Assembly: GCA_050251055.1 (NCBI GenBank)
Contig: JBFWNL010000004.1
Location: 128,001-192,000, forward strand
DNA from: Bacteriovoracia bacterium
GTDB taxonomy: Bacteria > Bdellovibrionota > UBA1018 > JBFWNL01
DNA: 64,000 nucleotides
Direction of reading: 5' to 3'
Every line of letters starts with the position of its first letter. Position 1 is the first letter of the stretch. Shown piece after piece: positions 46,143-56,410 of this stretch. The notes under the pieces were generated by a model. That model did no database searches. It had not been told where the DNA came from and was given only the letters and a program-made list of their open reading frames with translations. The position numbers and the translations under genes are program-made.

Positions 46143-46847
46143 ATGCGCACGCGTAAACCCAGCCAAATCCGCCCCACCACGATCGAAACCTCGGTCAATC
46201 TCTACGCCGAAGGCTCGGCCCTCATTAAAATGGGCAATACCCACGTGCTTTGCACCGCTTCCGCCGAACCCAAGGTGCCGGACTGGCTCGAGGGCAAAGG
46301 CAAAGGTTGGGTCACCGCCGAATACTCCATGCTCCCTCGCGCGACCCACACCCGCACCAAACGCGACCGCGAAAAGGTCTCGGGCCGCACCCAGGAAATC
46401 CAGCGCCTGATCGCCCGGGCGCTTCGCGCGATGATCAGCCTAAAAGACATCAACGGCTACACCATCACCGTCGACTGCGACGTCCTCCAAGCCGATGGTG
46501 GGACCCGCACCGCTTCCATCAACGGAGGCTGCGTCGCACTCACGCTCGCCATTCAAAATCTCGTGAAAGCAGGAAAGCTACCCGCGATGCCTAAGCTCGG
46601 CAGCGTAGCCGCCATTAGCGTGGGCTTGAAAGACGGAGAAGTATTGGCCGATCTCGATTACGAGGAAGATTCCAGCTGCGACGTCGACATGAATTTCGTC
46701 GTCACCGGCGAAGGGCAGTTCGTGGAAGTGCAAGGCACCGCCGAAGGCGCCGCTTTTTCCAAGGCGCAAATGGACCAAATGACCGCGTCCGCCCTCGAGG
46801 CTTGCCGCCAGTTGCGCGAGGCCCAAAACCGCGCGCTCGCGCCTTAA
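46143..46847 (+). CDS. rph: Ribonuclease PH
   Basis: GWVTAEYSMLPRAT, GRTQEIQRLI, DVLQADGGTRTASI and EVQGTAEG motifs. Confidence 0.97.
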   Translation: MRTRKPSQIRPTTIETSVNLYAEGSALIKMGNTHVLCTASAEPKVPDWLEGKGKGWVTAEYSMLPRATHTRTKRDREKVSGRTQEIQRLIARALRAMISLKDINGYTITVDCDVLQADGGTRTASINGGCVALTLAIQNLVKAGKLPAMPKLGSVAAISVGLKDGEVLADLDYEEDSSCDVDMNFVVTGEGQFVEVQGTAEGAAFSKAQMDQMTASALEACRQLREAQNRALAP

Positions 46848-46859
46848 TTTTCGATCAGG

Positions 46860-46906
46860 AAAAAAAATTAGGGAGCCCGTAAAGCCTGGTTGGCCTCAGG
46901 GCTCCC
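46860..46906 (-). terminator. Intrinsic terminator for the small minus-strand gene (possibly bidirectional)
   Basis: GGGAGCCC...GGGCTCCC stem followed by a U8 tract on the - strand. Confidence 0.7.
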
Positions 46907-46940
46907 TTGAGGAGGTGGTGGGTACAGCACTTGTGGAACA

Positions 46941-47216
46941 CTACGCAGCCTTGCGCTTGGTAAGACTCTCTTTGTAGTGCTGGTAGTGTTCGAACTTTTT
47001 GTCGTAATCCGACACGGGCTTGCCGAGCCGGGTGATGAGACCAAACTTAAAATGATCGTAGTGTTCGGAGCAGAAGCTGAACTTCGCTTCCTTGGCTTTG
47101 CAGCCTTGCGCGGTACAGAGACCGTTGCCGCCGCTCGGCGCGCCTTGATCGCCGCCTTTGCCTGCCGCCGCTGGGGCGCCCTTTTGTCCTGCCGGTTTTC
47201 CTGGTGTCGCGCTCAT
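46941..47216 (-). CDS. Small basic protein with a C-x4-C-x9-C-x2-H motif
   Basis: GGAGG SD before the ATG at 47216. Contains CTAQGCKAKEAKFSFCSEHY. Confidence 0.8.
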   Translation of the reverse strand: MSATPGKPAGQKGAPAAAGKGGDQGAPSGGNGLCTAQGCKAKEAKFSFCSEHYDHFKFGLITRLGKPVSDYDKKFEHYQHYKESLTKRKAA

Positions 47217-47240
47217 GCTTTCCTCCAAGCTACACTAGAC

Positions 47241-47267
47241 CTATCGGCGGGAGCCGGATTAACTTTA
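47241..47267 (-). promoter_or_regulatory. Sigma28 (FliA) promoter
   Basis: TAAA-N15-GCCGATAG on the - strand, one mismatch to consensus. Confidence 0.8.
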
Positions 47268-47474
47268 GTGTTTTAGTCAGATATATACCGGCTGATATCT
47301 CATTAAAATCATTAACAAGTCCCACCTGCCCACTTCCGGCTAACCGTCTAAACGGGCGCTTCGCTTCAGGAATTCTCGAAAGCTCCTATACAGTTGTTAA
47401 GGAAAAATCACCGTCAGCGGATTGTCTCTCCCTTCATTGCTGTTATTATTTTTCGACTAACAGGGGGGATCTCA

Positions 47475-48788
47475 ATGAAGAGACCATCATATACAGGGAT
47501 GTGGGTAGCCATCCTTTTGTCCGCTTCCGTGCCATTTGGTTTGGGCGCCCAAACCGAAACTCGTTTCATCCAGGTTAAAGCGAAAGATAAGTTCGAGCGC
47601 TCTGCCGTGGCGAACACCGGCATGACCATCGAATTCGTCCGCTCCGACAGCGTGTGGGGTTTCGCCGCTCCGGAAGCGTTGAAGGAACTCCAGCGCCGCG
47701 GGCATCAGATCCTCGGTAACTTCTCCGCCGAGGTGGGCCGTTCCGGTCACGAAGGCACCCTCGACTTTCCGAATGCCGACGCCCGCTATCACAACTACGC
47801 CGAGCTTGCCGCCGAGATGAAACGCATTCACATGTCGGCAACCGATATCACCCGATTCCAAAGCATCGGCCAGACACCCGAAGGTCGCGAGATGTTCGCC
47901 ATGAACATCAACACCAATCCGGAAGATCTCGCGTCCGGGAAGAGCTCCAAGCCCGGGATCGTCTACATGGGCGCGCACCACGCGCGCGAGCACCTGAGCG
48001 TGGAAATCCCGCTCATGTTCCTGGACTACCTGATCAAGAACCGGGAAGATTCGGCGATCAAGACTTTGCTCGACAACCGCGACATCTGGATCATTCCGAT
48101 GATCAATCCGGACGGTGCCGAGTACGACATCGCCACCGGCACTTACAAGGTCTGGCGTAAGAATCGCACCAAAAATGGAAATGGCACCTACGGCGTCGAC
48201 CTCAACCGCAACTACGGCTACGGTTGGGGCACGGGTGGATCAAGCCGCAATCCTAACGACGAGACGTATATGGGCACCGCCCCATTCTCCGAGAAGGAAA
48301 CGCAAAACGTGAAGGCGTTCGTCGACGCGCGCCCGAACCTGAAGGTGCTGCTTTCGTTCCATACGTTCAGCGAGCTCATTCTCTACCCTTGGGGCGGAAC
48401 GCACGATCCGATTTCCAACAAGGAAGATCTTGCGGCTTTCCAAAGCATGGCCAAGACCATGGCCGCCTGGAATGGTTACACGCCTGAGCAATCCAGCGAC
48501 CTGTACATCGCCAGCGGCGACACGACGGATTGGGCGTACGCCACGCACGGGATCTTCGCGTTCACCTTCGAGCTCTCGCCCAAGAGCGCTTTCGGTAGCG
48601 CGGGCTTTTACCCGGGCGCGAAGGTCATCGACAAGGTCTTCAACGACAATATCAAACCCTGTATGTACCTGTTGGATATCACCGACAATCCACACAAGAC
48701 ACTGGATCATCGGCCATCGGGATTCCTGAAGTATTTGATCGAACCCGGAATCTCGTATGCGGACTATTTCCAGACTTCCCTCTTTTAG
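47475..48788 (+). CDS. Secreted M14 zinc carboxypeptidase (carboxypeptidase T-like)
   Basis: HHAREH, NPDG, WRKNR, GVDLNRNY, SFHTFSELILYPW and FTFEL motifs, plus a signal peptide. Confidence 0.93.
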   Translation: MKRPSYTGMWVAILLSASVPFGLGAQTETRFIQVKAKDKFERSAVANTGMTIEFVRSDSVWGFAAPEALKELQRRGHQILGNFSAEVGRSGHEGTLDFPNADARYHNYAELAAEMKRIHMSATDITRFQSIGQTPEGREMFAMNINTNPEDLASGKSSKPGIVYMGAHHAREHLSVEIPLMFLDYLIKNREDSAIKTLLDNRDIWIIPMINPDGAEYDIATGTYKVWRKNRTKNGNGTYGVDLNRNYGYGWGTGGSSRNPNDETYMGTAPFSEKETQNVKAFVDARPNLKVLLSFHTFSELILYPWGGTHDPISNKEDLAAFQSMAKTMAAWNGYTPEQSSDLYIASGDTTDWAYATHGIFAFTFELSPKSAFGSAGFYPGAKVIDKVFNDNIKPCMYLLDITDNPHKTLDHRPSGFLKYLIEPGISYADYFQTSLF

Positions 48789-48814
48789 AGGGTTCTAGTG
48801 TCCGTTTTACGCGC

Positions 48815-48846
48815 GCGGCCCGCCGGCCTGAAAATCGGCGGGCCGT
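48815..48846. terminator. Stem-loop between convergent genes
   Basis: GCGGCCCGCCGG...TCGGCGGGCCGT. Confidence 0.55.
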
Positions 48847-48852
48847 TCGTGT

Positions 48853-50583
48853 TTATAGATCCAAGATCAGGGGCACGACCGTGGGCTTTCGGCCCAGGTT
48901 GGCGTTGAAAAAACGGCGCAACTCGATGCGCACGGTTTCTTCCAGTGAATCTTTCACCTCGTCGCGGTCTCGATAGTGGCCGGCAACGACTTTTTTCACG
49001 AGCTTCGTGGCCTCTTCGACTAGCCAACCTTCTTCTTCGGGCTTTACCAGCCCGCGCGAGATGATCTCGGGGCCCGCGACGATACGGCCATGCTCGGGGT
49101 CACGAGTCATGAGCGCGAACACCACGCCGGTCTCGGCGAGCTTGCGGCGTTCCTTCAGGATATCGCGGGTCATTTCCTGGTAGATCTCGCTTTCGATCAG
49201 CGTCCGCGTCTCCGTTAGCTCGCCTTCTTTTTTGAATTCTTCGCGCGTGAGCTTCAATACGTCGCCGTTAGACGCCACGACGACATTCTTCGAGCCGATG
49301 CCCACTTCCTCGGCCAGTCGCGCGTGGTGCACCAGGTGACGATATTCGCCATGAAGCGGCAGGAAAAACCGGGGCCGCACGGCTTCCAGCATCTGCTTGA
49401 GCTCGGGCCGCGTGGCGTGACCGGAAACGTGGACTTCTTCAATGGATTCATAGATCACGTCCGCGCCTTGCTTGAAGAGATTGTTGATCACGCGCCCGAT
49501 GGCTTTTTCGTTGCCCGGAATAAAGCTCGAGCTCATCACGACGAGATCGCCCTTTTCCAGCTGCATGTACTTATGTTCGCCGACGGACGCGCGCGTGAGC
49601 GCGGAACGGGCCTCGCCCTGGCTGCCGGTGGAAAGGCAGATGATCTCGCTGCGCTTGTAGTCGTCGAACTGATCGGGACCGATCAGGACGGAAGCGGCAT
49701 CCTTGAGGTAGCCCGCCTCTTGGGCGAGCTCAAGGTTCTGCTCCATGCTCCGGCCGGAGGCCAGCACCTTGCGGCCCATCTTCTTGGCGATCTGCAGCAC
49801 CTGGCCCACGCGCCCGATATTGGAAGCAAACATCGAAATAACGATCATGCCTTCGGCGGCGGCGACGAGCTGCTCGATTTTTTCGAGCACGGTCTTTTCG
49901 CTCGGCAGGTGCGTCTCGCGCTCGACGTTTGTGGAGTCGGACATCAATAACAGCACGCCCTCGTCGCCGGCTTGGCGAAACGCCGACAGATCGAGCGGCT
50001 TACCGTAGAACGGGGACGCATCGATGCGGAAATCCCCGGTATGGATAATTTTCCCAAGCGGAGTTTGGATGATCAGCGCCGAAGCTTCGATAATACTGTG
50101 ATTCACGGGCACGGATTTTACGTGGAACCCACCCACGGTGAAGGAGTCGCCCAAACGGAAAACTTTCAACTCCGTGCGGTCGAGCACGCCGTGTTCACCC
50201 AGGCGTTCGGCCACCATCTTAGAGGTGAAAGGAGAGGCGTAGACGGGCGCCCGCACCCCCGCCTTGATCGCGAACGGGACGGCCCCGATGTGGTCTTCGT
50301 GTCCGTGCGTGAGCACGATACCGCGGATCTTATCCTTGCGATCGATGAGGTACTGAAATTGGGGCACGATGTATTCGACCCCGAAGTGGTCGAGATCGGA
50401 AAAGAGCAAGCCACAGTCAACAATCAGAATATCCTGCGCGGTCTCGATCACCATGCAGTTCATCCCGATCTCGCCCAGGCCACCCAAGACGGTGAGGCGG
50501 ACCGTATTGTCGTCGACGGACGGTAGACGTGTGCCGTGGGGATCAGAGTTGTCGGAATCCGGGTGCGATGTGCGTGATTTCAC
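48853..50583 (-). CDS. rnj: Ribonuclease J
   Basis: LGGLGEIGMN, THGHEDHIGA, HTGDFRID, DSTN, GSQGE and HVSGHA motifs. Confidence 0.96.
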   Translation of the reverse strand: MKSRTSHPDSDNSDPHGTRLPSVDDNTVRLTVLGGLGEIGMNCMVIETAQDILIVDCGLLFSDLDHFGVEYIVPQFQYLIDRKDKIRGIVLTHGHEDHIGAVPFAIKAGVRAPVYASPFTSKMVAERLGEHGVLDRTELKVFRLGDSFTVGGFHVKSVPVNHSIIEASALIIQTPLGKIIHTGDFRIDASPFYGKPLDLSAFRQAGDEGVLLLMSDSTNVERETHLPSEKTVLEKIEQLVAAAEGMIVISMFASNIGRVGQVLQIAKKMGRKVLASGRSMEQNLELAQEAGYLKDAASVLIGPDQFDDYKRSEIICLSTGSQGEARSALTRASVGEHKYMQLEKGDLVVMSSSFIPGNEKAIGRVINNLFKQGADVIYESIEEVHVSGHATRPELKQMLEAVRPRFFLPLHGEYRHLVHHARLAEEVGIGSKNVVVASNGDVLKLTREEFKKEGELTETRTLIESEIYQEMTRDILKERRKLAETGVVFALMTRDPEHGRIVAGPEIISRGLVKPEEEGWLVEEATKLVKKVVAGHYRDRDEVKDSLEETVRIELRRFFNANLGRKPTVVPLILDL

Positions 50584-50605
50584 TTAGGCCGGTTGTAACA
50601 CAACC

Positions 50606-51883
50606 TTACAGGGGTTGTCTGCGATGCTTTGTGGAGGCGGGCATGCGCCGGTAGGTGTCCCAGTAGGCGCGAATCGGGCCCCCGCGGTCCCGGGCCCAGT
50701 CGGCGGGAAGCCTGAGCGAGTAGCCCTTGGGAATGCGAAGTTCATCTTTATAAACGGCGTCCGTCAGGGCCGGGTTGTATTCCTTGAAGAGGCGTCGCGG
50801 GATGCCTAAAAACTTGATCAAAACGGACGCGGAAACATAGTCTCGCACTTCCACTTCGACGTAATCGATAGGTTTCATGCGTTGAACGCCCAGAAAGTAG
50901 CGGTCGGCGTTGGCTTCGATCTCGGCCGCGGCCAAAAATTCCATGAAGTAGTTTTGACTGGCAAAACCGAACATACGAGAGCGGTAGTTCTTCAAGACAT
51001 CTTTAATGTGGCTCGAATCGACTTTTCGAACTCCGCGCATGATGCCCATGCGGCCGTGGTTATAAGCCACGATCGCCAGTGGCCAATTCCCTAGGGCATC
51101 GTAGTTGGCACGAAGGAGCTTGGCGGCGGCGGCGGCCGAAAGAATGGGGTCATTGCGCTCGTCAACCGCGTCGTTGATCGTCAGATAAAGACGGCCGGTG
51201 GATTTAATGAACTGCCAGATGCCGCTCGCGCCAACCTTGGACTTTGCGTTCACGTTAAAGCTGCTCTCGACGAACGGGATACGGGTCAAGATCGGCGGTA
51301 CCCCCGCCTTCCGGAACTCTTCCTCCATCCGGGACAGGTACAAACCCGAAAGTTCGATGGATTCCTTGAACCGTTGGCGAAGCCCCGTCTGCATGCGGAT
51401 CCGCTTGCGACGAGCGGCCTCGAGGAAACGGTTAGGATCGTCAATCTCGTCGAAAAGACGAAATACCCGGCGTTCTTCCTCCGTCATCTTCTCCAGCACG
51501 CCCTCGCGTTCGTGCAGGGTCGTCAACACCCGACGCCATTTCTCACGCATCTTACCGGTGAAGTCCCGGCTACGGCCACGCGGTTGATTTGTAAAATCGA
51601 TCATCTCGTAAACGATGTTGACATGCTTGGCGTCATGGACCAACGCTTGGGTGGAGTTATAATGGGTGTATACCTTGGTCCAAAAATCGATATGCTTTCG
51701 GAACCAAGGGTCGCCAAAGTATTCGGCGACATTGAAGTCAGCCGACGACTGAGCGGTCGGCGGTGGATTGAGCGGCGGCGTATTCGCTCCGGCCGGAAGC
51801 AATCCAACGGAGAGGGAAAACACGGCGAGCAGCCACGCTCGTTTGTTGAAGGAAATTTTTCGCGAGAACATGCTTAAGCCCAT
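50606..51883 (-). CDS. Lytic transglycosylase (SLT/MltD-like)
   Basis: PFVESSFN...SKVGASGIWQF...TG and AYNHG motifs, plus a signal peptide. Start at 51883 or 51871. Confidence 0.9.
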   Translation of the reverse strand: MGLSMFSRKISFNKRAWLLAVFSLSVGLLPAGANTPPLNPPPTAQSSADFNVAEYFGDPWFRKHIDFWTKVYTHYNSTQALVHDAKHVNIVYEMIDFTNQPRGRSRDFTGKMREKWRRVLTTLHEREGVLEKMTEEERRVFRLFDEIDDPNRFLEAARRKRIRMQTGLRQRFKESIELSGLYLSRMEEEFRKAGVPPILTRIPFVESSFNVNAKSKVGASGIWQFIKSTGRLYLTINDAVDERNDPILSAAAAAKLLRANYDALGNWPLAIVAYNHGRMGIMRGVRKVDSSHIKDVLKNYRSRMFGFASQNYFMEFLAAAEIEANADRYFLGVQRMKPIDYVEVEVRDYVSASVLIKFLGIPRRLFKEYNPALTDAVYKDELRIPKGYSLRLPADWARDRGGPIRAYWDTYRRMPASTKHRRQPL

Positions 51884-53351
51884 TCAGCATATCATAATAT
51901 TTGCCGTCTTCGCGATGGGTTGCGCGAAATCCCCATCGTCCGCCGACCCGAGCGCGATCCGCATGCTCGTCGCGAGCCTGCCCAACACCCTCAATCCCCG
52001 CACCGCCCTGGATCAAGCGAGTCAAAAAATTCTCGCCGCCGTCTATCCTTCGGTGATTGAACCCAGCGCTCCCCACACGGTTTCCCCCGACGGTAAGCGA
52101 TGGCGTTTTAAAGCGGGGCTCGTCGCGCCCGCGGAAAATCTTGCCGAGTGCCTGAAGGAATACCAAACCGGAGAGCCCCCCTCGGCTTTTCGCGACGTCT
52201 TCAAAGACGTGGCCGCGATCGAAGCCCAGGGCGGCGAGCTTGCCATCACCCTGAAACGTCCGAACCCTGATTTCGCGGACGAAGCGACGGGCGTGCGTTT
52301 TTTCCGGCAACCCGGACGGCTCGCTTGCCAAGACCCCGTGGAAGGCCAGCCGATTACCTCCCCCGGACCTTACCGGATCGGGGACGGCAGGTACGCGAGC
52401 GCGATCCCGGAGCGCCGACTAGATCTCGTTCCGAATCCCTTAACCGCGGACGGCTTGAGCCCGCTTTCGATCTATTTCGTAAAAGACGAAAACACGCGCG
52501 CGCTGCGCATCTTGCGCGGGGAAATCGACGCAGCCTGGACCGCGATCAGCCTCGCGAAGGAACGATGGATCGAGCGTGAGCTTACGCGCGACTTCACCCA
52601 CCAAGAAGTTCACGGCTCTAGCGTTTCGTACCTCGCCTTCAACCTAAACGATCCTATTTTGCGCGACGTCCGCGTTCGGCGCGCCATCGCGGCCGCGATC
52701 GATAAACGCGCCATCATCGAGCAGAAGCTTTACGGATTCTGCGATCCCGCTAGCTCCTTTCTCCCGCCGGATCACCCGGACTTATTGAAAGCTTCGTTTC
52801 CTTATGATCCCGCGCGGGCGCGCGCCTGGCTGGACGAGGCCGGATACCCCGCGCGCGACGGAAAGCCGCGGTTCACGTTGAAATATAAAACCACGCCCGT
52901 GCGCGAGGGGATCGAGTTTTCCCAGATGGTGCGCCACTACCTGGAAAAAGTGGGAATCGCACTGGAGATTCAGGTTCTCGAGCCGGCGGTCTTCCTGGCG
53001 CATACGCGGCACGGAAATTTCCAGCTTTACTCGTCGCGGTGGTTAGAAACGCGCACCCCGGCGCCACTCCTGAACGCGCTTCGCTCGGGTGATCGGCGTA
53101 ACCGCGTGGGTTATCGCAACGCTACGCTCGATCGCATCATCGACCAGACCCGCGAAGAGCCCGACCCTAAGCGTCGAGGCCGGCAACTGCGAGAAATCCA
53201 AGCCCACCTGCAGCGAGATCTGCCGTACTTTCCACTTTGGTATTGGAAGAACTCCATCGTTCTGAGAAAAGACCTGGAGCGGTCCGAACACTTCGCCCGC
53301 GATTTTCAAGGGCGCCTGGAAGAATTCGGAAAGCTGAAACGCCGAAAGTAA
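51870..53351 (+). CDS. ABC transporter substrate-binding lipoprotein, family 5 (peptide/nickel)
   Basis: Lipobox FAMG-C; YLAFNLNDP...VRVRRAIAAAID and YDPARARAWLDEAG motifs. Confidence 0.88.
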   Translation: MLKPIQHIIIFAVFAMGCAKSPSSADPSAIRMLVASLPNTLNPRTALDQASQKILAAVYPSVIEPSAPHTVSPDGKRWRFKAGLVAPAENLAECLKEYQTGEPPSAFRDVFKDVAAIEAQGGELAITLKRPNPDFADEATGVRFFRQPGRLACQDPVEGQPITSPGPYRIGDGRYASAIPERRLDLVPNPLTADGLSPLSIYFVKDENTRALRILRGEIDAAWTAISLAKERWIERELTRDFTHQEVHGSSVSYLAFNLNDPILRDVRVRRAIAAAIDKRAIIEQKLYGFCDPASSFLPPDHPDLLKASFPYDPARARAWLDEAGYPARDGKPRFTLKYKTTPVREGIEFSQMVRHYLEKVGIALEIQVLEPAVFLAHTRHGNFQLYSSRWLETRTPAPLLNALRSGDRRNRVGYRNATLDRIIDQTREEPDPKRRGRQLREIQAHLQRDLPYFPLWYWKNSIVLRKDLERSEHFARDFQGRLEEFGKLKRRK

Positions 53352-53353
53352 CT

Positions 53354-54133
53354 ATGCATCGCTTTATCTCCAAACGCCTCCCCACCGAAAACAGCAACGT
53401 CGATCTCGATCCCGATGAAGCCAAACACGCCACCCGCGTCTTGCGTTTAACGGAAGGCGCCACCGTCGAAGTACTGGACGGGCAAGGAAAGGCCGTAAGG
53501 GCCCGCCTAATTCGCAACGGGCCGAGGTGGTGTTTTGAGTTCGTGGCGGCGGTAGCCGCGCCGACAGGTCCCGCGATGACGCCCCTGATCCTAGAGGTGG
53601 CGCTGCTAAAAGGGGAGGCGATGGAATGGGTCGTGGAGAAGGCCGTCGAACTCGGAGTGGCGGAGCTCGTGCCCGTGGATTCGCAAAACTGCACGCTTAA
53701 GATCGAAGGCAAAGGCCCCGAGCATTTTCAGAAACGCTGGCAGAAGATCGCCGATCAAGCTTTAAAGCAATGCGGGCGACCGCAGCGGATGCAGGTACAT
53801 CTACCGGTTCGCCTAGAAGACCTGCTCAAGCGGCCCGCCCGCCGCTACCTCTGCGTGGAACCCATCCACCATACGAACGAACCGCCGCCGTTGCTGCAGC
53901 GGGCCCTAGAAGTAGGATCGGTGGACGCAAGCAACGACTCTTCGAGCATTCACGTCCTCGTGGGGCCCGAAGGAGGTTGGAGCTTTCGCGAACTCTCGCA
54001 AATGCGCGCCGACGCGCAAATCCGGTCGGTGAGCCTAGGCGCGCTTACGTTGCGCGCTGAAACCGCCTGCCTTTTCGCGATATCCGTCGCACAGAGCGTG
54101 CAGCAATCGTTACTTGACAAAAAAATCAAATAA
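53354..54133 (+). CDS. rsmE: 16S rRNA m3U1498 methyltransferase
   Basis: HATRVLR, VEKAVELGV, KQCGR, VGPEGG and LRAETA motifs. Confidence 0.94.
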   Translation: MHRFISKRLPTENSNVDLDPDEAKHATRVLRLTEGATVEVLDGQGKAVRARLIRNGPRWCFEFVAAVAAPTGPAMTPLILEVALLKGEAMEWVVEKAVELGVAELVPVDSQNCTLKIEGKGPEHFQKRWQKIADQALKQCGRPQRMQVHLPVRLEDLLKRPARRYLCVEPIHHTNEPPPLLQRALEVGSVDASNDSSSIHVLVGPEGGWSFRELSQMRADAQIRSVSLGALTLRAETACLFAISVAQSVQQSLLDKKIK

Positions 54134-54152
54134 CGGGAACTTATGCTCAGGA

Positions 54153-54851
54153 ATGGCGGAGTCTAACCACACAAAAAAATTGGATTTCAAACCCATAACG
54201 AATGGGTTGGGTTTTCATCCCTTTTCGGAAGGTCTCCCGTATTCCACTCCGCAAAAAACTGCGGCCCCGAAGATCACCACCCCGGTGCCCCCGATGGGAA
54301 CGGGCGCCGTGGCCGCTGGACCCGCGCGTCCCGCGCCCCTGCCGTCGCTACCGCCCCTAATCGAACCGCGCCGCGAGCCGGAAAAACGCACGGATGTTCC
54401 CACTTCAAGGACCGAAGCGCCTCTGATTGAAGCCCCGGCTTTGGGTTTCGGGTATCTCGCCAAGCGCGTCGCCGGTTTTTTGATCGACACGGGTTTAAAC
54501 GTTTCTATTTGCCTGGGCACGCTCGCACTCGTGCTGCTTAAGATGAATTTAGATTTCACTTCCTTCTTCGCCTCCGACGCGCTTGCGCTCGCGATGCTCT
54601 TCGCGCTCGCTTTCAGCTGGGCGCTGGTTTCGGCGCAGGAAATCGCTTTCAACACCAGCATCGGCAAGCGCATCGCCGGTTTGGGGCTCGAAGGTACGAC
54701 GGGGCGTATTTTCCTCCGTTCCTTGCTTTTCGCGCTGACGACGGCGGTGTTCGCCATTGGACCGCTTTGGGCGGTGCTCGACCGCAAGCGCCGCACGCTT
54801 TACGATCTTCTCACCGGCACCCAACCCGTGGAAATCGTCCGTCTCAACTGA
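54153..54851 (+). CDS. RDD-family membrane protein with a Pro-rich N-terminus
   Basis: [18 protein letters not shown] and [11 protein letters not shown] motifs. Confidence 0.85.
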   Translation: MAESNHTKKLDFKPITNGLGFHPFSEGLPYSTPQKTAAPKITTPVPPMGTGAVAAGPARPAPLPSLPPLIEPRREPEKRTDVPTSRTEAPLIEAPALGFGYLAKRVAGFLIDTGLNVSICLGTLALVLLKMNLDFTSFFASDALALAMLFALAFSWALVSAQEIAFNTSIGKRIAGLGLEGTTGRIFLRSLLFALTTAVFAIGPLWAVLDRKRRTLYDLLTGTQPVEIVRLN

Positions 54852-54861
54852 TCTTAACCGG

Positions 54862-55359
54862 ATGAAACGAGCCCCCGTCATGCGCGCTCTCCAAAAAAAA
54901 ATCCTCCCCGTAACCCGTTTGGCCCGCATCACCGCCGCGGCCAAGAAGCGCGGAAAACGCGTCGTCTTCACCAACGGATGTTTCGACATTCTTCATAAAG
55001 GCCACGTGCGCTACCTCGAACGGGCCCGCGCGCAAGGAGATCTCTTGGTCGTGGCGCTCAATGCGGACCAATCCGTACGCAAGCTCAAGGGCGCGGGCCG
55101 ACCGATCAACCCGCTACGCGACCGTCAAGAAGTCATGGCGGCTCTCGAGGCCGTCGATTACGTTACGTCTTTCGCGGAAGCCACTCCGCTGCGGGCGATC
55201 CTCACGTTGAAGCCAATGGTCCTCGTCAAAGGGGGGGACTGGAAAGCCAACGACATCGTCGGCGGGAGGGAAGTCTTAGGTTGGGGCGGCCAAGTGAAGT
55301 CGCTGAATTTCGTGAAGGGCCGCAGCACCACGCGCATAATAAAAAAAATAGCCGGCTAA
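54862..55359 (+). CDS. rfaE2: D-glycero-beta-D-manno-heptose 1-phosphate adenylyltransferase
   Basis: [34 protein letters not shown] and STT motifs. Confidence 0.93.
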   Translation: MKRAPVMRALQKKILPVTRLARITAAAKKRGKRVVFTNGCFDILHKGHVRYLERARAQGDLLVVALNADQSVRKLKGAGRPINPLRDRQEVMAALEAVDYVTSFAEATPLRAILTLKPMVLVKGGDWKANDIVGGREVLGWGGQVKSLNFVKGRSTTRIIKKIAG

Positions 55360-55443
55360 ACACCCGCGCTAGGCAACGCCCGCCCGGCAAATTTTTCCGA
55401 CTTTCCCCCGAACGGTTTGATTCCTAAAATGATTCTTAGAGCC

Positions 55444-55869
55444 ATGGGAATCCGAAACTCGTCATTGCGACAAATCGAGATCGAGGAAGAGCGGCATCAG
55501 GCCTACCTGAAATCGCGCCGCGAGCAGCAGGCCCGCACGGTCGAGGCGATGGAGTCCGAGAACCAAGAAGTCCTCACGAAACTTTCCGAGCATCACAAGG
55601 TGCAACAAGCTGAGGCGGAAAAAGCTTACAAAATCGAAATTTCGCGCGAAGGCGAGAAGCATCAAAAAGAGATGGAAACCCTGCGCTCAGCCTTCGAGGT
55701 GGAATTCAAAAAGGAAGAGGCCGATCAGGCCAAGCAGTACGACAAGATGCGGGACCGCGAGCGCGCGCGTGTCGACGCCTACCGCAAGAACCAGGAAGAA
55801 GTCATCAGCAAGCTACACGAGGACTACCAAAAAGCCGCGGATCAGATGCGGGAAAATCACAAAGGCTAG
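55444..55869 (+). CDS. Charged coiled-coil hypothetical protein
   Basis: E/K/R/Q-rich helical ORF with host codon usage. Confidence 0.7.
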   Translation: MGIRNSSLRQIEIEEERHQAYLKSRREQQARTVEAMESENQEVLTKLSEHHKVQQAEAEKAYKIEISREGEKHQKEMETLRSAFEVEFKKEEADQAKQYDKMRDRERARVDAYRKNQEEVISKLHEDYQKAADQMRENHKG

Positions 55870-55878
55870 TCGTATCCG

Positions 55879-56373
55879 CTATCGCGAAGAACCGCGGAAC
55901 ATCCGGTCAAACACCGACACGGAAACCAGCGCGAAGCCGTAAGTCATGCAAAAGAAGAAAGTCGAACCGGGTTTCGGTGCCGCCTCGAACACGGGGCGCC
56001 ACGCTGGGGTGTAAAGATTCGCCCAGAAAATCCAGCTGAACGCGCCCCAGGTGAAACCCATGCCGGCGAGCGGCCAGAACGCGTTAGTCTTGGTGAAGTG
56101 GGCGTAAACGACGCCCCAGAACGCAGCCAATGCTTCAAAGAGCACCACGCCCAAAGCCACCGCGCCCACACCGGGTTCGGTCGAGATCGCGGAGGCGCCC
56201 GCGAAGGGAAGGGCCATGAACTTCAGCGCGTACATGGGATCGGTACCGCAGGACTTCGCCGCGATGACCGAAACCCCCAGGGCGACCGCGCCCGCGAACA
56301 ACCCCGCCAATGCGCCCGCGACCCAACGCACGGGATCCTTCTTCAACCACATTTCCACGAGGTTCTGTTCCAT
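55879..56373 (-). CDS. Four-TM membrane protein
   Basis: AAGGAG SD and four hydrophobic segments. Confidence 0.78.
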   Translation of the reverse strand: MEQNLVEMWLKKDPVRWVAGALAGLFAGAVALGVSVIAAKSCGTDPMYALKFMALPFAGASAISTEPGVGAVALGVVLFEALAAFWGVVYAHFTKTNAFWPLAGMGFTWGAFSWIFWANLYTPAWRPVFEAAPKPGSTFFFCMTYGFALVSVSVFDRMFRGSSR

Positions 56374-56410
56374 TCACGGCTCCTTTTTGGTAGCCTTAAC
56401 GATAATCGAA

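Noticed and set aside
24634-50583. rnr, rph, rnj and 6S RNA as an RNA-decay gene cluster
   Set aside because: Spread over 26 kb in separate transcription units, which is compatible with chance.
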